Positions 18,481-29,566 of a DNA stretch of 64,000 nt are shown piece by piece (position 1 is the stretch's first letter; each line of letters starts with the position of its first letter). Source of the DNA: Candidatus Hydrogenedentota bacterium (GTDB lineage Bacteria > Hydrogenedentota > Hydrogenedentia > Hydrogenedentales > SLHB01); NCBI GenBank assembly GCA_963745075.1, contig CAVUWV010000014.1, positions 64,001 through 128,000 of the forward strand, written 5' to 3'. Position numbers and translations under genes: made by a program. The notes under the pieces are model-generated. The model saw only the letters and a list, made by a program, of their open reading frames with translations. It ran no database searches and was not told where the DNA came from.

Positions 18481-20964
18481 TTACTCTTGTGTCGCGCGCT
18501 CAACGGGTCCCGTGCACCGGAACAGCCCGGTGCCGTCGACCGGTTCGTTGGCCAAGTCCGCAAACCGTACGGGGCTGAGAAAATCCATGGGTCCACCCGT
18601 AACGGTAACAAATCCGTTGTGCTGGGTGATAGTGCGGGCATGGGGCGCGGTCGTTACTACGTAATGGTGCGTCTGGCCCGGCCGGACCTTGACAGCCACC
18701 ACGAATCCGACCGACCCGTCCGCCGCCCGGTACGTTTGATACCAGTCGTTCCCGTAAATCTGCTGGTCGTGGAAGAGCCACTGGTCGCCCTGTTTTTCCC
18801 AAAGCATGAGGCCCCGGTAGCTCTTGAATCCTTCGACGAGAATCGGGGTCCAGTTGTCGCCGCCGGTCAGCGTAAACTCCGCGAACCCGCGGGGATCGGC
18901 TTTGACACGGCGGGGATATCCCGGAGCCGCTTCGCCATGCTCGACCTCAACCTTCGCCAACCCTTTGCCGTAAAGCGTGCATTGCTTTTCGGCGGGACGG
19001 TAATCCGAGTTTTGGTCGCCATACGGCATCACGAACAAATGGGCTTCAAGGTGGTCGCCCGCATCAAGTCGGGTCAGGTTTGACGGAGCGGTGAGAAACA
19101 TTTCCGTCCATTTGGCGCCGCCGAAGCAGCTCAGTCCGAAATTATCGATGGGTTTGCCACCCAAGGTCCCCGATACGCGGTTCACAACAAAGGCCATATT
19201 CCCATTCGGATGGGCGTAGGCCGCGGTAAAGGACGGCATCGCCTTCCCCATGGGCATGGCCTCCAGCGCCCAACGGTCGTCGGCGGGCAAATCGACCGTA
19301 ACGGTGGATCCGTTTTCGGCCGTATAGGCGACGTGCGGCCAGACCGTGTGAACGATATACGCGCCGGCGTTCAGAAAGCGAAGGTTCCGCGCACTGCCAC
19401 CGTCGATGTCAACCGGCTCGACCACATCCACGAGCATCTTGACAAAGCTGCGCGCCTCGTCGTCTTGCGGTGCTTCGAAAACCTCCAGCGTGGTTTTGAT
19501 CTTTCCGTCTTCCGAGAGATAGTCCAGCGCGAAGTTGGCGAGGTTGGGCGACGTCAGGTATATGCGCGTGTCCTGTAGAAGATTGTTGATCCACTTGCCG
19601 TCGGACTTGTACCGCAACGCTCCCACCACGGAGACGTGATCGTGCTGGGGCTGCCCCGGCCACATGTCCTTGCTGAGTCCGCGGACATCCGCCATGAAGT
19701 AGTTGCGATTGTCGTCGCGAGGATATTCGAACGGCACGTAGCAGAAGGTTTCCGTAGGCCCCAACGATGCGTGGAAATAGTGGTGATAGAACCGGATCGA
19801 CGAGATTTGTTTGAGTGGATGGGTGCCCCAGTTTCCGAAAAGGTGGTAGACCCTTCCGCTGAATGGCGTTCTTGGTGAGACCGGAATCGGTACGTAGGAT
19901 TCCCCGTACGACGCGTCGCCTTCCGCTTTGCCTTCCTCTTTCTCGCCGCCGAAGTTTTTGGATACTTGGACCTGGACGGGCAAGGGATAGCCGTCCGAAT
20001 CTGTCAGCACGGCGGCTTCGAGGACGCCATAGTCGTTGCGAACATTACAGATCAGATCGGCGGGCGGCATGTCGTCCGGGGCGGAGACGGTCAAGTCGAC
20101 CTCGTACCGCTGGTTCGGATTAGTCCACGCGGTCTCAAAACTCCGTGGACCCCGGAATTCGGTCGTAATCTGGTAAAAACCTTTCAACGGTTGATAGCCA
20201 TCAAATCGGCCGCCAAAAACCATGAACTCGAAATCGGCCGCGCGCGTTTCGATTTGGGCCAGCCGGGCCAAGTCTTCGAACGACTCGCCCGCCGCAAGGA
20301 TTACCGCCGCCGTCCGCGTTCCTCTGTAGGCGGCGGGATAGCGGGATCCGGTCAGCAACCGCTCGGGCGGTTTCAGCGCGATGCGGGTTGGCACGCCGTC
20401 GCCCTCGGGAGTGCGTTGGCGCGGTACGAACGCCGCAACGCGCGGTTTACCCCCAAGCGCTTCGAGTTTGGCGACCGGATCGTCCTCGGGATTGACGATT
20501 TCAATCGACTTCGTGACCGTACCCAGCCATCCGATTTCCAAATCGCGACTTTTCCCGTGAGGGGTTACGTGTATGTTGGCGAAGACCCGTTTGGCATAGC
20601 AATACAGTGCGATTTCGATGTCCGCATCGAGATCCGTCCAGTGCAGATCCCGGAGATGGATCTCATACATCTGGGTGCCGAAACTGTAGACATTGATGCG
20701 ACCCGGACCTTTCACGGCGCCGGTGTTCATAATGGGGAGGAGGGCATACTCACCGATGAGCGTTTCGTCGCGGGACTGGAACTGGGTGATCGCGGCAACG
20801 TTCCGATCGAGATGAAGCGTGTAGGTTTGTCCTTCGACAACCAGAACGTTTCGGTCGGGGGACGCATAATGCACCGAAACCGCCGCTTGGTCGTCCGTCG
20901 GGGCAAACCCGAGTGCAGAAACCGCCAACCCAATCCAACACGTAATACCCAACCAGCGTCGCAC
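18481..20964 (-). CDS. Secreted hypothetical protein
   Basis: 827-aa ORF with signal-peptide-like N-terminus; co-oriented with neighbours. Confidence 0.75.
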   Translation of the reverse strand: MRRWLGITCWIGLAVSALGFAPTDDQAAVSVHYASPDRNVLVVEGQTYTLHLDRNVAAITQFQSRDETLIGEYALLPIMNTGAVKGPGRINVYSFGTQMYEIHLRDLHWTDLDADIEIALYCYAKRVFANIHVTPHGKSRDLEIGWLGTVTKSIEIVNPEDDPVAKLEALGGKPRVAAFVPRQRTPEGDGVPTRIALKPPERLLTGSRYPAAYRGTRTAAVILAAGESFEDLARLAQIETRAADFEFMVFGGRFDGYQPLKGFYQITTEFRGPRSFETAWTNPNQRYEVDLTVSAPDDMPPADLICNVRNDYGVLEAAVLTDSDGYPLPVQVQVSKNFGGEKEEGKAEGDASYGESYVPIPVSPRTPFSGRVYHLFGNWGTHPLKQISSIRFYHHYFHASLGPTETFCYVPFEYPRDDNRNYFMADVRGLSKDMWPGQPQHDHVSVVGALRYKSDGKWINNLLQDTRIYLTSPNLANFALDYLSEDGKIKTTLEVFEAPQDDEARSFVKMLVDVVEPVDIDGGSARNLRFLNAGAYIVHTVWPHVAYTAENGSTVTVDLPADDRWALEAMPMGKAMPSFTAAYAHPNGNMAFVVNRVSGTLGGKPIDNFGLSCFGGAKWTEMFLTAPSNLTRLDAGDHLEAHLFVMPYGDQNSDYRPAEKQCTLYGKGLAKVEVEHGEAAPGYPRRVKADPRGFAEFTLTGGDNWTPILVEGFKSYRGLMLWEKQGDQWLFHDQQIYGNDWYQTYRAADGSVGFVVAVKVRPGQTHHYVVTTAPHARTITQHNGFVTVTGGPMDFLSPVRFADLANEPVDGTGLFRCTGPVERATQE

Positions 20965-21100
20965 CGCGAACTCCTTTCCAAACCGCTGAACCGCAAGGCA
21001 TTGTAACGCGCATCCCCCTGCAATTCCATCATTTGAACGCCGTTCTAAGCGCCCCTATACTTGCGGCATCGTCGGCGTGGGTTTGGATGGGAGAAGAACG

Positions 21101-21268
21101 ATGACGCTCATTGGAATTATTATGGCCATTGTGGGACTTGCCGGGTTGCTCGTGAACGTCTCGGGGATCTACGTGATGACCGGCATGGCTGGAGACCTGC
21201 GCATCTGGGGCGGGGTCGCCATCGTCGGCGCCGTGATTGCCATGCTCACGCGCCGGGCGCGCGACTAA
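21101..21268 (+). CDS. Small two-TM membrane protein
   Basis: RBS GGAG, ATG 21101, two hydrophobic segments. Confidence 0.65.
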   Translation: MTLIGIIMAIVGLAGLLVNVSGIYVMTGMAGDLRIWGGVAIVGAVIAMLTRRARD

Positions 21269-21295
21269 ATCCTAAGGAAGACTGGGGGGAATAGC

Positions 21296-23443
21296 ATGTC
21301 GATGAAGTTGCAGCGTTTCGCGATCGTCTTCGCGGTGTTCTTTGTCCCGTATCTTGCCGCCGCAGACGATTTTGCGCCACGCATTGAGACTTTGAAAATG
21401 CATCTGGAGCGCCTTCACGCGATCACCGTGACGGCGGACGTTCAGGACGAGAAGGAGGAAAAGCTGAAAGCCCTGGGCGTGGAGTTGGATGCCGGGGCCG
21501 ATTCGGACGAAGCGTTTAACACGCTCTACCGCGACATGGACGCTGTCCGCATGTGGCTTTGGGACCATGCCGCGAACAAACCGCAGGTGGCCGAGGGAAC
21601 GTTTAACGAATCCGCCGACGCGTGGACGGTCACCACGCCAGATCTCCGGCTCGGGGTAAGCCGTTCGGACCTGTCCATGGCGATCAAGACGCCGGAAACG
21701 GAGTGGCGCTTTCTTCCCAGCGACGATCACGACGTGGAACTCCAGGACCAGTCCTTCGCGTTGACGTCCGCCCAACAGGTCCAGGCCGAGGAGTTTCGCA
21801 CCGGCTACAGCGCGGGAATGATTCTGACGCTGTCCGATTTTCCCGCCGCGCCGGAACTCGTGTTGCGGCTGACCAGCAATCTCATCGGCAACGAGGTGGT
21901 GTTTGAACTTGCGGCCGTCGACGATTCGGTCACGGTCAATGCCATCAATTGGCCCAAAGCCGTCGAGACGGGTGCGACCGAGACCGACTTCGCCGTTATC
22001 CCCAATATGCAGGGCATGCTGCTCCCCGGCAATTCACCGCAGGAATTCCACGAATCGAGCCTCTGCAATTCCCGGTCGCTGTACATGCCGTGGTGGGGCC
22101 AGATCCGCGACGGGCACGGCGTGGAGACTATCCTCGAAACCAGCGACGACGCCGGTGCGGTGTACGACCATGCGCCCGGCGGTCCGACGATCATGCGCCC
22201 CCGCTGGTACGCCAGCATGGGGAAGGTTCGGTATCTGCGGACGATCCGGTATGTCTTTGATGATGAATCGACTTATGTGCGCATGGCGAAGCGGTACCGG
22301 CGCTACGTCAAGGAAGACGGGCGCCTCGTCACGCTGGCCGAAAAACGGGTTCGTACACCCAACCTCGACGAAGTCATCGGCCGTCCCGTTGTGCACATCG
22401 GTGCGCTGTATCATTTCGTACAGGAAGCGGCATTGTTCAATAAGGAGCGCATCGAAGCGAATCACAGCCTGAATACCTTCGACCACCTCGCCGAGGGACT
22501 GCGCGGCCTGAAGAAACGAGGCATCGTCGACGCCTACGTGCACCTCGACGGTTGGGGGTTCTACGGTTATGACAATGGGCACCCGGACGTGCTGCCGCCC
22601 GGTGAAGAGCAGGGGGGATGGGACGGTCTGCGCCGCTTCGCGGATACCTGCGACGATCTCGGCTACCTCTTTGCCGTGCACGATCAGTACCGCGACTTCT
22701 ACTTGAACGCCGTGTCCTTTGACGACCGGCTGGCCGCGTACCGGTTTGACGGTAGTCGCGAGGAAAGCTCGACGTGGTGCGGCGGTCCGCAGACGATTTT
22801 GAGCAGCCGTTTCGCCCCGGGCTACGTTCGCCGCAATCACGATCTGTTCGCTTCGCACGGTATCAAGGTCAAAGGCGCATATCTGGACGTGTTTTCCGTG
22901 GTCCCGTTGGAAGAGAGTTCGGCGCCGGCCCATCCCGTCACGCGCAGCGAGTGCGCCCACTATCGCCAGCAATGTTTCGATCTGCTGCGCGCGCGGGGAT
23001 ACGTTGTCAGCTCCGAAGAGCCGTCGGATTATTTGGCTTCGCACCTCGACCTCGTCCACCACGGGCCCTACGGGACCTATCCTCACTACGGCGGTGGCGA
23101 TGCGCGCGGTATTCCCGTCCCGTTATGGAATTTGGTCTACCATGACTGCCTGCTCCTTCCCTGGGAAATGGGAGAGGACGGTGGCTGGGGTATCCCCAAA
23201 GGTGACGCAGGTTGGCTCCATTGTCTGTTGAACGCGGGCCTGCCCTACGTGGGCCTCACGCCCAACGAAGAACAAGTCGCGCGTGTGAAAGAAGCCGCTG
23301 CGTTAAATCAGCGCCTCGCCACAAAGGAAATGGTCAATCACGAGTTCCTCGACAATACGTATCGCAAGCAGCGCACGACCTATGCCGACGGCACGACGGT
23401 GACGATTGACCTCGACGCGAAGACGTATACGATGAACCCGTAG
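21296..23443 (+). CDS. Secreted glycoside hydrolase, GH129/GH101-like
   Basis: Signal peptide; YMPWWGQ, HLDGWGFYGYDNGHPD, HDQYRDFY, AYLDVF, VSSEE, PLWNLVYHD. Confidence 0.75.
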   Translation: MSMKLQRFAIVFAVFFVPYLAAADDFAPRIETLKMHLERLHAITVTADVQDEKEEKLKALGVELDAGADSDEAFNTLYRDMDAVRMWLWDHAANKPQVAEGTFNESADAWTVTTPDLRLGVSRSDLSMAIKTPETEWRFLPSDDHDVELQDQSFALTSAQQVQAEEFRTGYSAGMILTLSDFPAAPELVLRLTSNLIGNEVVFELAAVDDSVTVNAINWPKAVETGATETDFAVIPNMQGMLLPGNSPQEFHESSLCNSRSLYMPWWGQIRDGHGVETILETSDDAGAVYDHAPGGPTIMRPRWYASMGKVRYLRTIRYVFDDESTYVRMAKRYRRYVKEDGRLVTLAEKRVRTPNLDEVIGRPVVHIGALYHFVQEAALFNKERIEANHSLNTFDHLAEGLRGLKKRGIVDAYVHLDGWGFYGYDNGHPDVLPPGEEQGGWDGLRRFADTCDDLGYLFAVHDQYRDFYLNAVSFDDRLAAYRFDGSREESSTWCGGPQTILSSRFAPGYVRRNHDLFASHGIKVKGAYLDVFSVVPLEESSAPAHPVTRSECAHYRQQCFDLLRARGYVVSSEEPSDYLASHLDLVHHGPYGTYPHYGGGDARGIPVPLWNLVYHDCLLLPWEMGEDGGWGIPKGDAGWLHCLLNAGLPYVGLTPNEEQVARVKEAAALNQRLATKEMVNHEFLDNTYRKQRTTYADGTTVTIDLDAKTYTMNP

Positions 23444-23466
23444 CGCAGGCGTCTCGCCTGCATCTT
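23440..23466 (+). repeat. GTAG-type REP palindrome
   Basis: GTAGCGCAGGCGTCTCGCCTGCATCTT; supplies the TAG stop of the upstream gene; copies at 48040, 48089-48111 (inverted) and 52096. Confidence 0.8.
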
Positions 23467-23510
23467 TTTCTTATCGTGACAAGGTCGCTATAATCTACTT
23501 TTCAAACGCT

Positions 23511-24605
23511 TTGTCGAGCCAGGATTGTCCATTGCCTGATTACAAAAATGACCTGTTTGTTCGCGCCGCGCGAGGCGAAAAGACGCCCCGGACCCCGATC
23601 TGGATGATGCGCCAAGCGGGCCGCACCGATCCCGAGTACAACAAGCTCAAGGAAGAATCCGGCCTGCCCTTGCACGAGTTGTTTCGGCATCCGGAACTGG
23701 CGGCGCAGATCTCGCTTCTTCCCAAACGCATCGGTGTGGACGCGATCATCTACTTTCAGGACATCCTGACGCCGCTCGCGCCCATGGGGGCTGAATTCAT
23801 CTTCAATTCGGGTCCGGAGTTCGAGAAGGATTTTCGCAAAGTCGCCGCGGTGGATGCGCTCCAACTTTTCGATGTGGCCGACGAATTGCCGTTCATCCCC
23901 GAAACGTTTCGCCTGGTACACGAGTCCCTGAGCGGCGAATTGCCGGTACTCGGATTCGCGGGAGCCCCACTGACGCTCGCGGTGTTCATGATCCAGGGCG
24001 GGAGTTTTGGTGCGCATGCCGACGCCGCACTATCCTTCATGCGCGAGGAACCCGCCACGCTTCATCGGTTACTCGACAAACTAGCCGACATGACCGTCGA
24101 CTATCTTACGCTCCAGATCAATGCGGGTGCCGCAGCGTGGCAGCTCTTCGAATCCGCGGCCTACTTGTTCTCCGTGGAGCAGTACCGTGAGTTCGCATTA
24201 CCGTATCAACAGCGCGTCTTCGACGCCTTGCGCGGGCACGTGCCTTCCATCATGTTTGCCCGGGACTGGTCCGACCTCGATACGCTCGACGCCTCCGGCG
24301 CGGACATTCTCAGCCTCGCGAAAGAACCCAGCATCGCCGACACGCGCGAACGGTTGGGGAACGATCGGGTACTGCAAGGGAACCTCGATAACAAGCTGCT
24401 GGCGACGGGGACCAAAGAAGCGATCGCCGATGCCGCGCGGGACTGCATTCGCCAAGGCGAGCACCGGGGCCACATTTTTAATTTGAGTCACGGTTTGCTT
24501 CGCGAAACGCCCTTCGAGAATGTGTGTTACCTCGTAGACGTTGTGAAGCGTACGGAGCTCGACGGTGGCTTGCAGAACTCTGGATTCCCGCTTTCGCGGG
24601 AATGA
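23511..24605 (+). CDS. hemE: Uroporphyrinogen decarboxylase
   Basis: PIWMMRQAGR, FQDIL, GFAGAPLT, QLFES, LQGNLD, HIFNLSHG. Confidence 0.92.
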   Translation: MSSQDCPLPDYKNDLFVRAARGEKTPRTPIWMMRQAGRTDPEYNKLKEESGLPLHELFRHPELAAQISLLPKRIGVDAIIYFQDILTPLAPMGAEFIFNSGPEFEKDFRKVAAVDALQLFDVADELPFIPETFRLVHESLSGELPVLGFAGAPLTLAVFMIQGGSFGAHADAALSFMREEPATLHRLLDKLADMTVDYLTLQINAGAAAWQLFESAAYLFSVEQYREFALPYQQRVFDALRGHVPSIMFARDWSDLDTLDASGADILSLAKEPSIADTRERLGNDRVLQGNLDNKLLATGTKEAIADAARDCIRQGEHRGHIFNLSHGLLRETPFENVCYLVDVVKRTELDGGLQNSGFPLSRE

Positions 24606-24651
24606 CGGGGTCAGTGATTCGCGGTGTGTACACCCTCACCGTCATTCCCGC
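24580..24651. repeat. REP-like palindrome between convergent genes
   Basis: CTGGATTCCCGCTTTCGCGGGAATGACG plus partial inverse CGTCATTCCCGC; related to the pair at 56004-56102. Confidence 0.7.
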
Positions 24652-26643
24652 AGGTGCGCAAGCCGCTCCGGGTCGACGCCCATCCGGTAGCCTAAAAGGA
24701 TGAGCCGGTGCTTGAGCGTGAGCCGCCAGGCCCCAGCCGTTTCCCAACGCCGCGCGGAAGTAACTGCGACGGAATCTGCGATGCGTACCGAGCCCAGATC
24801 GCGTAACCGCTGAACCAGCTCGTAGTCCTCGAGCACCGGCATCTCGGGGTATCCTCCGAATGACTGGAACGTCTCGCGCCGTACGAAGATCGCCTGATCG
24901 CCATACGGTAGCGGTCGCGTCCGCGAACGCAGGTTGGCCCCCCATTCGATAATGCGATACGCGAAACGGTTGCTGTCTATTCCAAACTGAAACGCGCCGG
25001 CACTCGTGCCTGATTCCGAAAGGAGACGATTCACGTCGGCCAGATAGCCTTGCGGCAATCGGGTATCGGCATGAAGAAACATCAAGACTTCCCCGCGCGC
25101 CGCGGCGGCGCCCGCGTTCATTTGCAGCGCCCGACCTCGCGCGGCGCATACGACCTGCGCGCCGTAGGTTTCCGCGAGGCTCACCGTCGTGTCCGAACTG
25201 CCGCCGTCGACGACGATGACTTCCACGTCCCGGTGATTCCCAATCGCTGCGAGCGTGGCGCCGATGCAGCGGGCCTCGTTCAACGCGGGGATGACGATAG
25301 AGAGAAAGGGTTGCTCCGGGGGCGCGGCGGGTCCGCACTTCTCCCATGTTGGCAGATCCTCGGTGGTATCCACATCTCGCATCGAACGCAATTGGCCTAT
25401 GGACAGATTGGCGGCTCGTGCGCGCGCCATGGTGGTCTCGAATACGGAATCGGTTCCCCAAACGATTTCGCCGAACAGTTGTGCGACCGGCTGTCGCAAA
25501 CCGACCAAATAATACCCCCCGTCATCCGTTGGCCCTAGCACCAAATCGTGGGTCCGAAGCATGGCGAATGCTTTTCGAATCAGTGCTGGCGACAAGCCTG
25601 GGCAGTCCGTTCCCACAATCACCGTGCGTTTTATTCCGTCATGGAAGGCCTGTGAAAAGACTTCGTGCATGCGATCGCCGAGGTCGCCCGGCACCTGCTC
25701 ACGATAGGTGAGATCCGGCCCGAGCCAGGCCGTCATCTCGGATTCATTACCTCCCGTATAGTGCACTTGGAGATTCGTTCGTCCATACGGAACGCTTGCC
25801 GTGCGGTACGAAGCGTCCACGTCGCCATCTGCCGGTGCACGGCCGACGCTCCCTCGGAACCCAGCGCCGGAATGAGGCGCGTTTTGGCACGGCCCGTGAC
25901 GGGGTATCGCGTAAACACGACCAATCGCTCGGACGGTTGGGCAGTGCTTTCACGGCGAGAGACTGCTTCTCTGAATATCGTATAGAGGATTTTTGCGCCC
26001 GCGCTGACGACGCCACGGAGGGTTCCCGAAATCTTCGAAGTACCGATCCGCTTCCGGTATGACACGGGGATCTCGATGGACCGTATGCGCCGTTTGGCGG
26101 CTTTCACTTGAAGTTCGACCGTCCACCCCCAGTTTCGATCTGCCATCTCCAGTTCGAGTAAAGTCGACCATCGAATCGCCCGGAACGGTCCGAGGTCTGT
26201 GTGCCGTACCCCGTAGAGCCAGCGCATGAGCAGACAGGCCAGTCCAATTGCCGTACCGTTGTTGCGGGGTGAGCGCGCCGGGTTCGCAACTGCCCAATAC
26301 GCGGGATCCAATCACGATTTCGGTATCTCCAGACAGAATCGGATCGACCAATTGGGCCATTTCGGCGGGATCGTCACTGTAGTCCGCGTCGAGAAAGACG
26401 ACTACATCGGGCGATTCCAGCACGGTCCATGGCTCGCAGACACGCGGCGCCGTAACCCCGTTCGGGTTCGTGGACGACCCGCACGCCATGTTGCGCCGCC
26501 ACGTCCGCTGTCCGGTCGGTGGACGCGTTGTCGGCGACCACGATCTGGTCCACCCAGGCGGGAATATCGTCGAGCACCCGGCCTATCGAGGCTTCTTCGT
26601 TGTACGCCGGTATGATGACCGCTATTCTGGCGTTCGTACGCAT
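24642..26643 (-). CDS. Triple glycosyltransferase fusion: GT2 + TIGR04282-like (DUF2064) + TIGR04283-like GT2; about 3 frameshifts
   Basis: IIPAYNEE/GYGAAC/FLDAD/DLGPFRA; FTRYP..GRAKTRL/GDLGDRM/GTDCP/LGPTDDGGYY; VIPALNE/GRALQMNAGA/FLHADT/YGDQ/TSARRW. Confidence 0.85.
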
Positions 26644-26746
26644 TTGCGCCGGTTATAGAGCAACCGAGTACGCGATACAAGCGGACCGGCCTTGCCTGCC
26701 TGTACCTGCAACCGATATAACAAACGCAGAAGGAGGGTCCCCCACG

Positions 26747-27226
26747 ATGGAAGACCACGGCAACTACGATCGGGACTACTCAGTGCAACACCATTACGAA
26801 CCGGACAGGATTCAACACGACCTTCCCATCGGCGACATCCTGCAACAGGTCGTCCGCTTCGGCGGCGCGTTTGTTGGCATCGTGCTCATCGTGATAGGGC
26901 TTGCCTTCGCGATGAAGATTTTCGGCGTCATCGTGGCAACGCTCAACGCTCCCGGCAACATCCGCACTCTCGTCGAGGACTGGACCCGCATCGTCGGCAA
27001 CGAACAGTTGACCGTACTCTACGAAGGGAAAGAGATTGCCGTGGGTCCGGTGATTGCCGTCGGCATTCTTGGTGTGGGCGCGCTGGTCCTGGTGTCGATA
27101 TCCATGCAGCTCATTACCAACGGCGCCAAAGTCATCTCCATCACCTTGGGCGAGCGGGAAGCGCTCAAACAACTGTTCAAGCAAGCGAGGTTGAGTGGAG
27201 CGCTCGGCAGTTTGGCGAAAAAATAA
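26747..27226 (+). CDS. Hypothetical membrane protein
   Basis: RBS AAGGAGG, ATG 26747, two TM helices. Confidence 0.7.
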   Translation: MEDHGNYDRDYSVQHHYEPDRIQHDLPIGDILQQVVRFGGAFVGIVLIVIGLAFAMKIFGVIVATLNAPGNIRTLVEDWTRIVGNEQLTVLYEGKEIAVGPVIAVGILGVGALVLVSISMQLITNGAKVISITLGEREALKQLFKQARLSGALGSLAKK

Positions 27227-27242
27227 GCTGGCAGAAGCTGTC

Positions 27243-28805
27243 TTATCGCTGCCATTCCAGGATTTTTGTGAAAACCTTCTTCAACATCGGGGTAAGCCGG
27301 GTCCGATTGTATGCGTCGGCGGCTTTCTTGATGATTTCCGCCTGTGTCGGATAGGGGTGAATTACATTCGCGATGTTGCGCAACCCGATTCCGGATACCA
27401 TTGCCAACGTAATCTCGCTAATCATCTCTCCGGCGTGCCGCGCGACCAATCGTCGCCCCCACAATCCGGTCGGTTCCCTTCCGCAAGATGGACCTTCAGC
27501 AACCCATCCGTCTCTCCTTCGAGAATCGCCCGATCCACCTCGGCCATGGAAACCTGGATCGTGTCGATAGCGGTGACCTTGTTCCGCCGCGTCGCGTTCG
27601 CTCAACCCTACATGGGCGATCTCGGGATCGGTGTAGGTGCACCACGGCACCGTCAACGCGCTGAGTCTTTTCTTGCCGGCGAATCCGAACAGCGCGTTCT
27701 GAATCACGATCCGTGCTGCCGCATCGGCTGCGTGGGTGAACTTGTGCTTCATGCACACATCGCCCGCCGCGAAGATCCGAGAGTTAGTGGTGCGAAGCGT
27801 GTCGTCCACGTGAATGCCGCCCCGTTCGTCGAATTCCACCCCGGCCACATCAAGTCCGAGCCTATCCACATTGGGTGCCCGCCCCGCCCCAATGAGAATG
27901 GCATCCGTCTCCAGGACTCGTTCTCCACCGTTCACGGCAACCGTCACCCGCTTCGGCAGGTCCATTCCGTCCATGCGGTCCATATCATCCATACTGTCCA
28001 CACGAACCACGGCCGCGCCAAACACAAACTCGACCCCATCCCGCGCCATCGAATCCTGCACGAACTTCGCCGCATCAGGATCTTCCCGGGTCAGAATCTG
28101 GTTCGCGCGTTCGACGAGAGTTACCTGCGTGCCCAACCGCTGAAAAGTCTGGGCCAGCTCGCAGCCGATGGGGCCCGCGCCGATCACGACCATCCGGTTC
28201 GGCCGTTCGGTCAACGAGAACACCGTTTCGTTGGTCAGAAAGCCAGCGTCGGATAAGCCGGGGATGTCCGGCTCAGCGGCTCGTGCGCCGGTGGCGATCA
28301 CGGCTTTGGAAAAGCGAAGCGTATTGCCTCCGACTTCGATGGCATCGCGGCCGGTAAAACGGGCGTTACCCAAAAACACATCGACGCCCAAGTCCCGGAA
28401 CCGCGACGCGGAGTCGTTCGGACTGATCCCGCTGCGAATTCCGCGCATACGTTCCATCACGGCGGCGAAATCGACGGGTGGGGATTCTTGCGCGTCTATC
28501 CCATACTGGTGCGCGTCACGCACATCCGCCGCCGTGCGCGCGCTCCGTATAATGGCTTTCGACGGCACGCAACCCACGTTCAAACAATCACCGCCCATGA
28601 GATGGCGTTCCACCAGCGCCACTTTTGCGCCCAGACCGACCGCCCCGGCCGCCGCTACCAGACCCGCCGTCCCTGCGCCAATAACGACGAGGTTGTAACG
28701 CGGTCGGGGTTCCGGATTGACCCAGTCCCGGGGATGGACGTTGGCAATGAGATGCTCGTTATGGTCATCCATGGGGGACATGGAGATGTGTTCACGGTGG
28801 TTCAC
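27243..28805 (-). CDS. Pyridine nucleotide-disulfide oxidoreductase (mercuric-reductase-like; not true MerA)
   Basis: GAGTAG, GGDCLNVGCVPSK, GAGPIGCE, HPYPT; no C-terminal Cys pair; apparent compensating frameshifts near 27460-27580. Confidence 0.88.
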   Translation of the reverse strand: MNHREHISMSPMDDHNEHLIANVHPRDWVNPEPRPRYNLVVIGAGTAGLVAAAGAVGLGAKVALVERHLMGGDCLNVGCVPSKAIIRSARTAADVRDAHQYGIDAQESPPVDFAAVMERMRGIRSGISPNDSASRFRDLGVDVFLGNARFTGRDAIEVGGNTLRFSKAVIATGARAAEPDIPGLSDAGFLTNETVFSLTERPNRMVVIGAGPIGCELAQTFQRLGTQVTLVERANQILTREDPDAAKFVQDSMARDGVEFVFGAAVVRVDSMDDMDRMDGMDLPKRVTVAVNGGERVLETDAILIGAGRAPNVDRLGLDVAGVEFDERGGIHVDDTLRTTNSRIFAAGDVCMKHKFTHAADAAARIVIQNALFGFAGKKRLSALTVPWCTYTDPEIAHVGLSERDAAEQGHRYRHDPGFHGRGGSGDSRRRDGWVAEGPSCGREPTGLWGRRLVARHAGEMISEITLAMVSGIGLRNIANVIHPYPTQAEIIKKAADAYNRTRLTPMLKKVFTKILEWQR

Positions 28806-29557
28806 GATGCTTCCCCACCATCTTCCACATCCGATTCGCCGATAGACTCATTGACGGCCTTTCGCGCAAGGCGAGTAACGTAAACGACGACAAGGATTGT
28901 CGCAATCAGTCCGACGCCATAAAGAACCCACTCGGCTAGACTTCGGCCCGCACCCCCGGCACTGAGCGTGGCGAGGTCTCCGGCGACCGAGCCGATGTAG
29001 ACGTACAGGATCGTTCCGGGCAGCATGCCGATCCACGTGGCGAGGAGGTATTCCTTCAGCGATATCCGGGTGAGGCCGAAGATGTAGTTCACGACGTTAA
29101 AAGGAAAAATCGGACAAAGCCGAATCAACCCGACAATTCTCCAGCCTTCCCGGGCAACGGCCTCGTCCAGCGCTTTGAACTTTTGGTTGCGGGCGATCCT
29201 GCGCGAAATCATGTCGCGGGCAAAATAGCGACCCACCAGGAACGCCACGGTCGAACCGAGCGTCGACGAGATAGAAACCACGATGGTACCCTCGACGACC
29301 CCGAATAGAAATCCAGCGCCCAACGTGAGAATCAAACCTGGTACGAACAGGACACAGGCTACGATGTACGCAATACCCAGCACGAACGGCGCCACGGGGC
29401 CCAGCTTATCGACTCGCGCGAGGAAGGCGTGCAGCCAATCTGCGATCGGCAATGCGTACGATGCGACGGCCAGGACCACGATCGCGACGAGGAAAAGGAC
29501 GGGTTTTGCCCAATAGTTGTAGCGAACCTTGGATTCGGCTTTATCGGAAGCTTCCAC
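28802..29557 (-). CDS. TVP38/TMEM64 (VTT, DedA superfamily) membrane protein
   Basis: LTLGAGFLFG, FLVGRY, LIRLCPIFPFNVVNY, GMLPGT. Confidence 0.9.
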   Translation of the reverse strand: MEASDKAESKVRYNYWAKPVLFLVAIVVLAVASYALPIADWLHAFLARVDKLGPVAPFVLGIAYIVACVLFVPGLILTLGAGFLFGVVEGTIVVSISSTLGSTVAFLVGRYFARDMISRRIARNQKFKALDEAVAREGWRIVGLIRLCPIFPFNVVNYIFGLTRISLKEYLLATWIGMLPGTILYVYIGSVAGDLATLSAGGAGRSLAEWVLYGVGLIATILVVVYVTRLARKAVNESIGESDVEDGGEAS

Positions 29558-29566
29558 GCTTTTTCT

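Noticed and set aside
27243..28805. merA mercury resistance
   Set aside because: No C-terminal Cys-Cys, no NmerA domain, no merR/T/P genes
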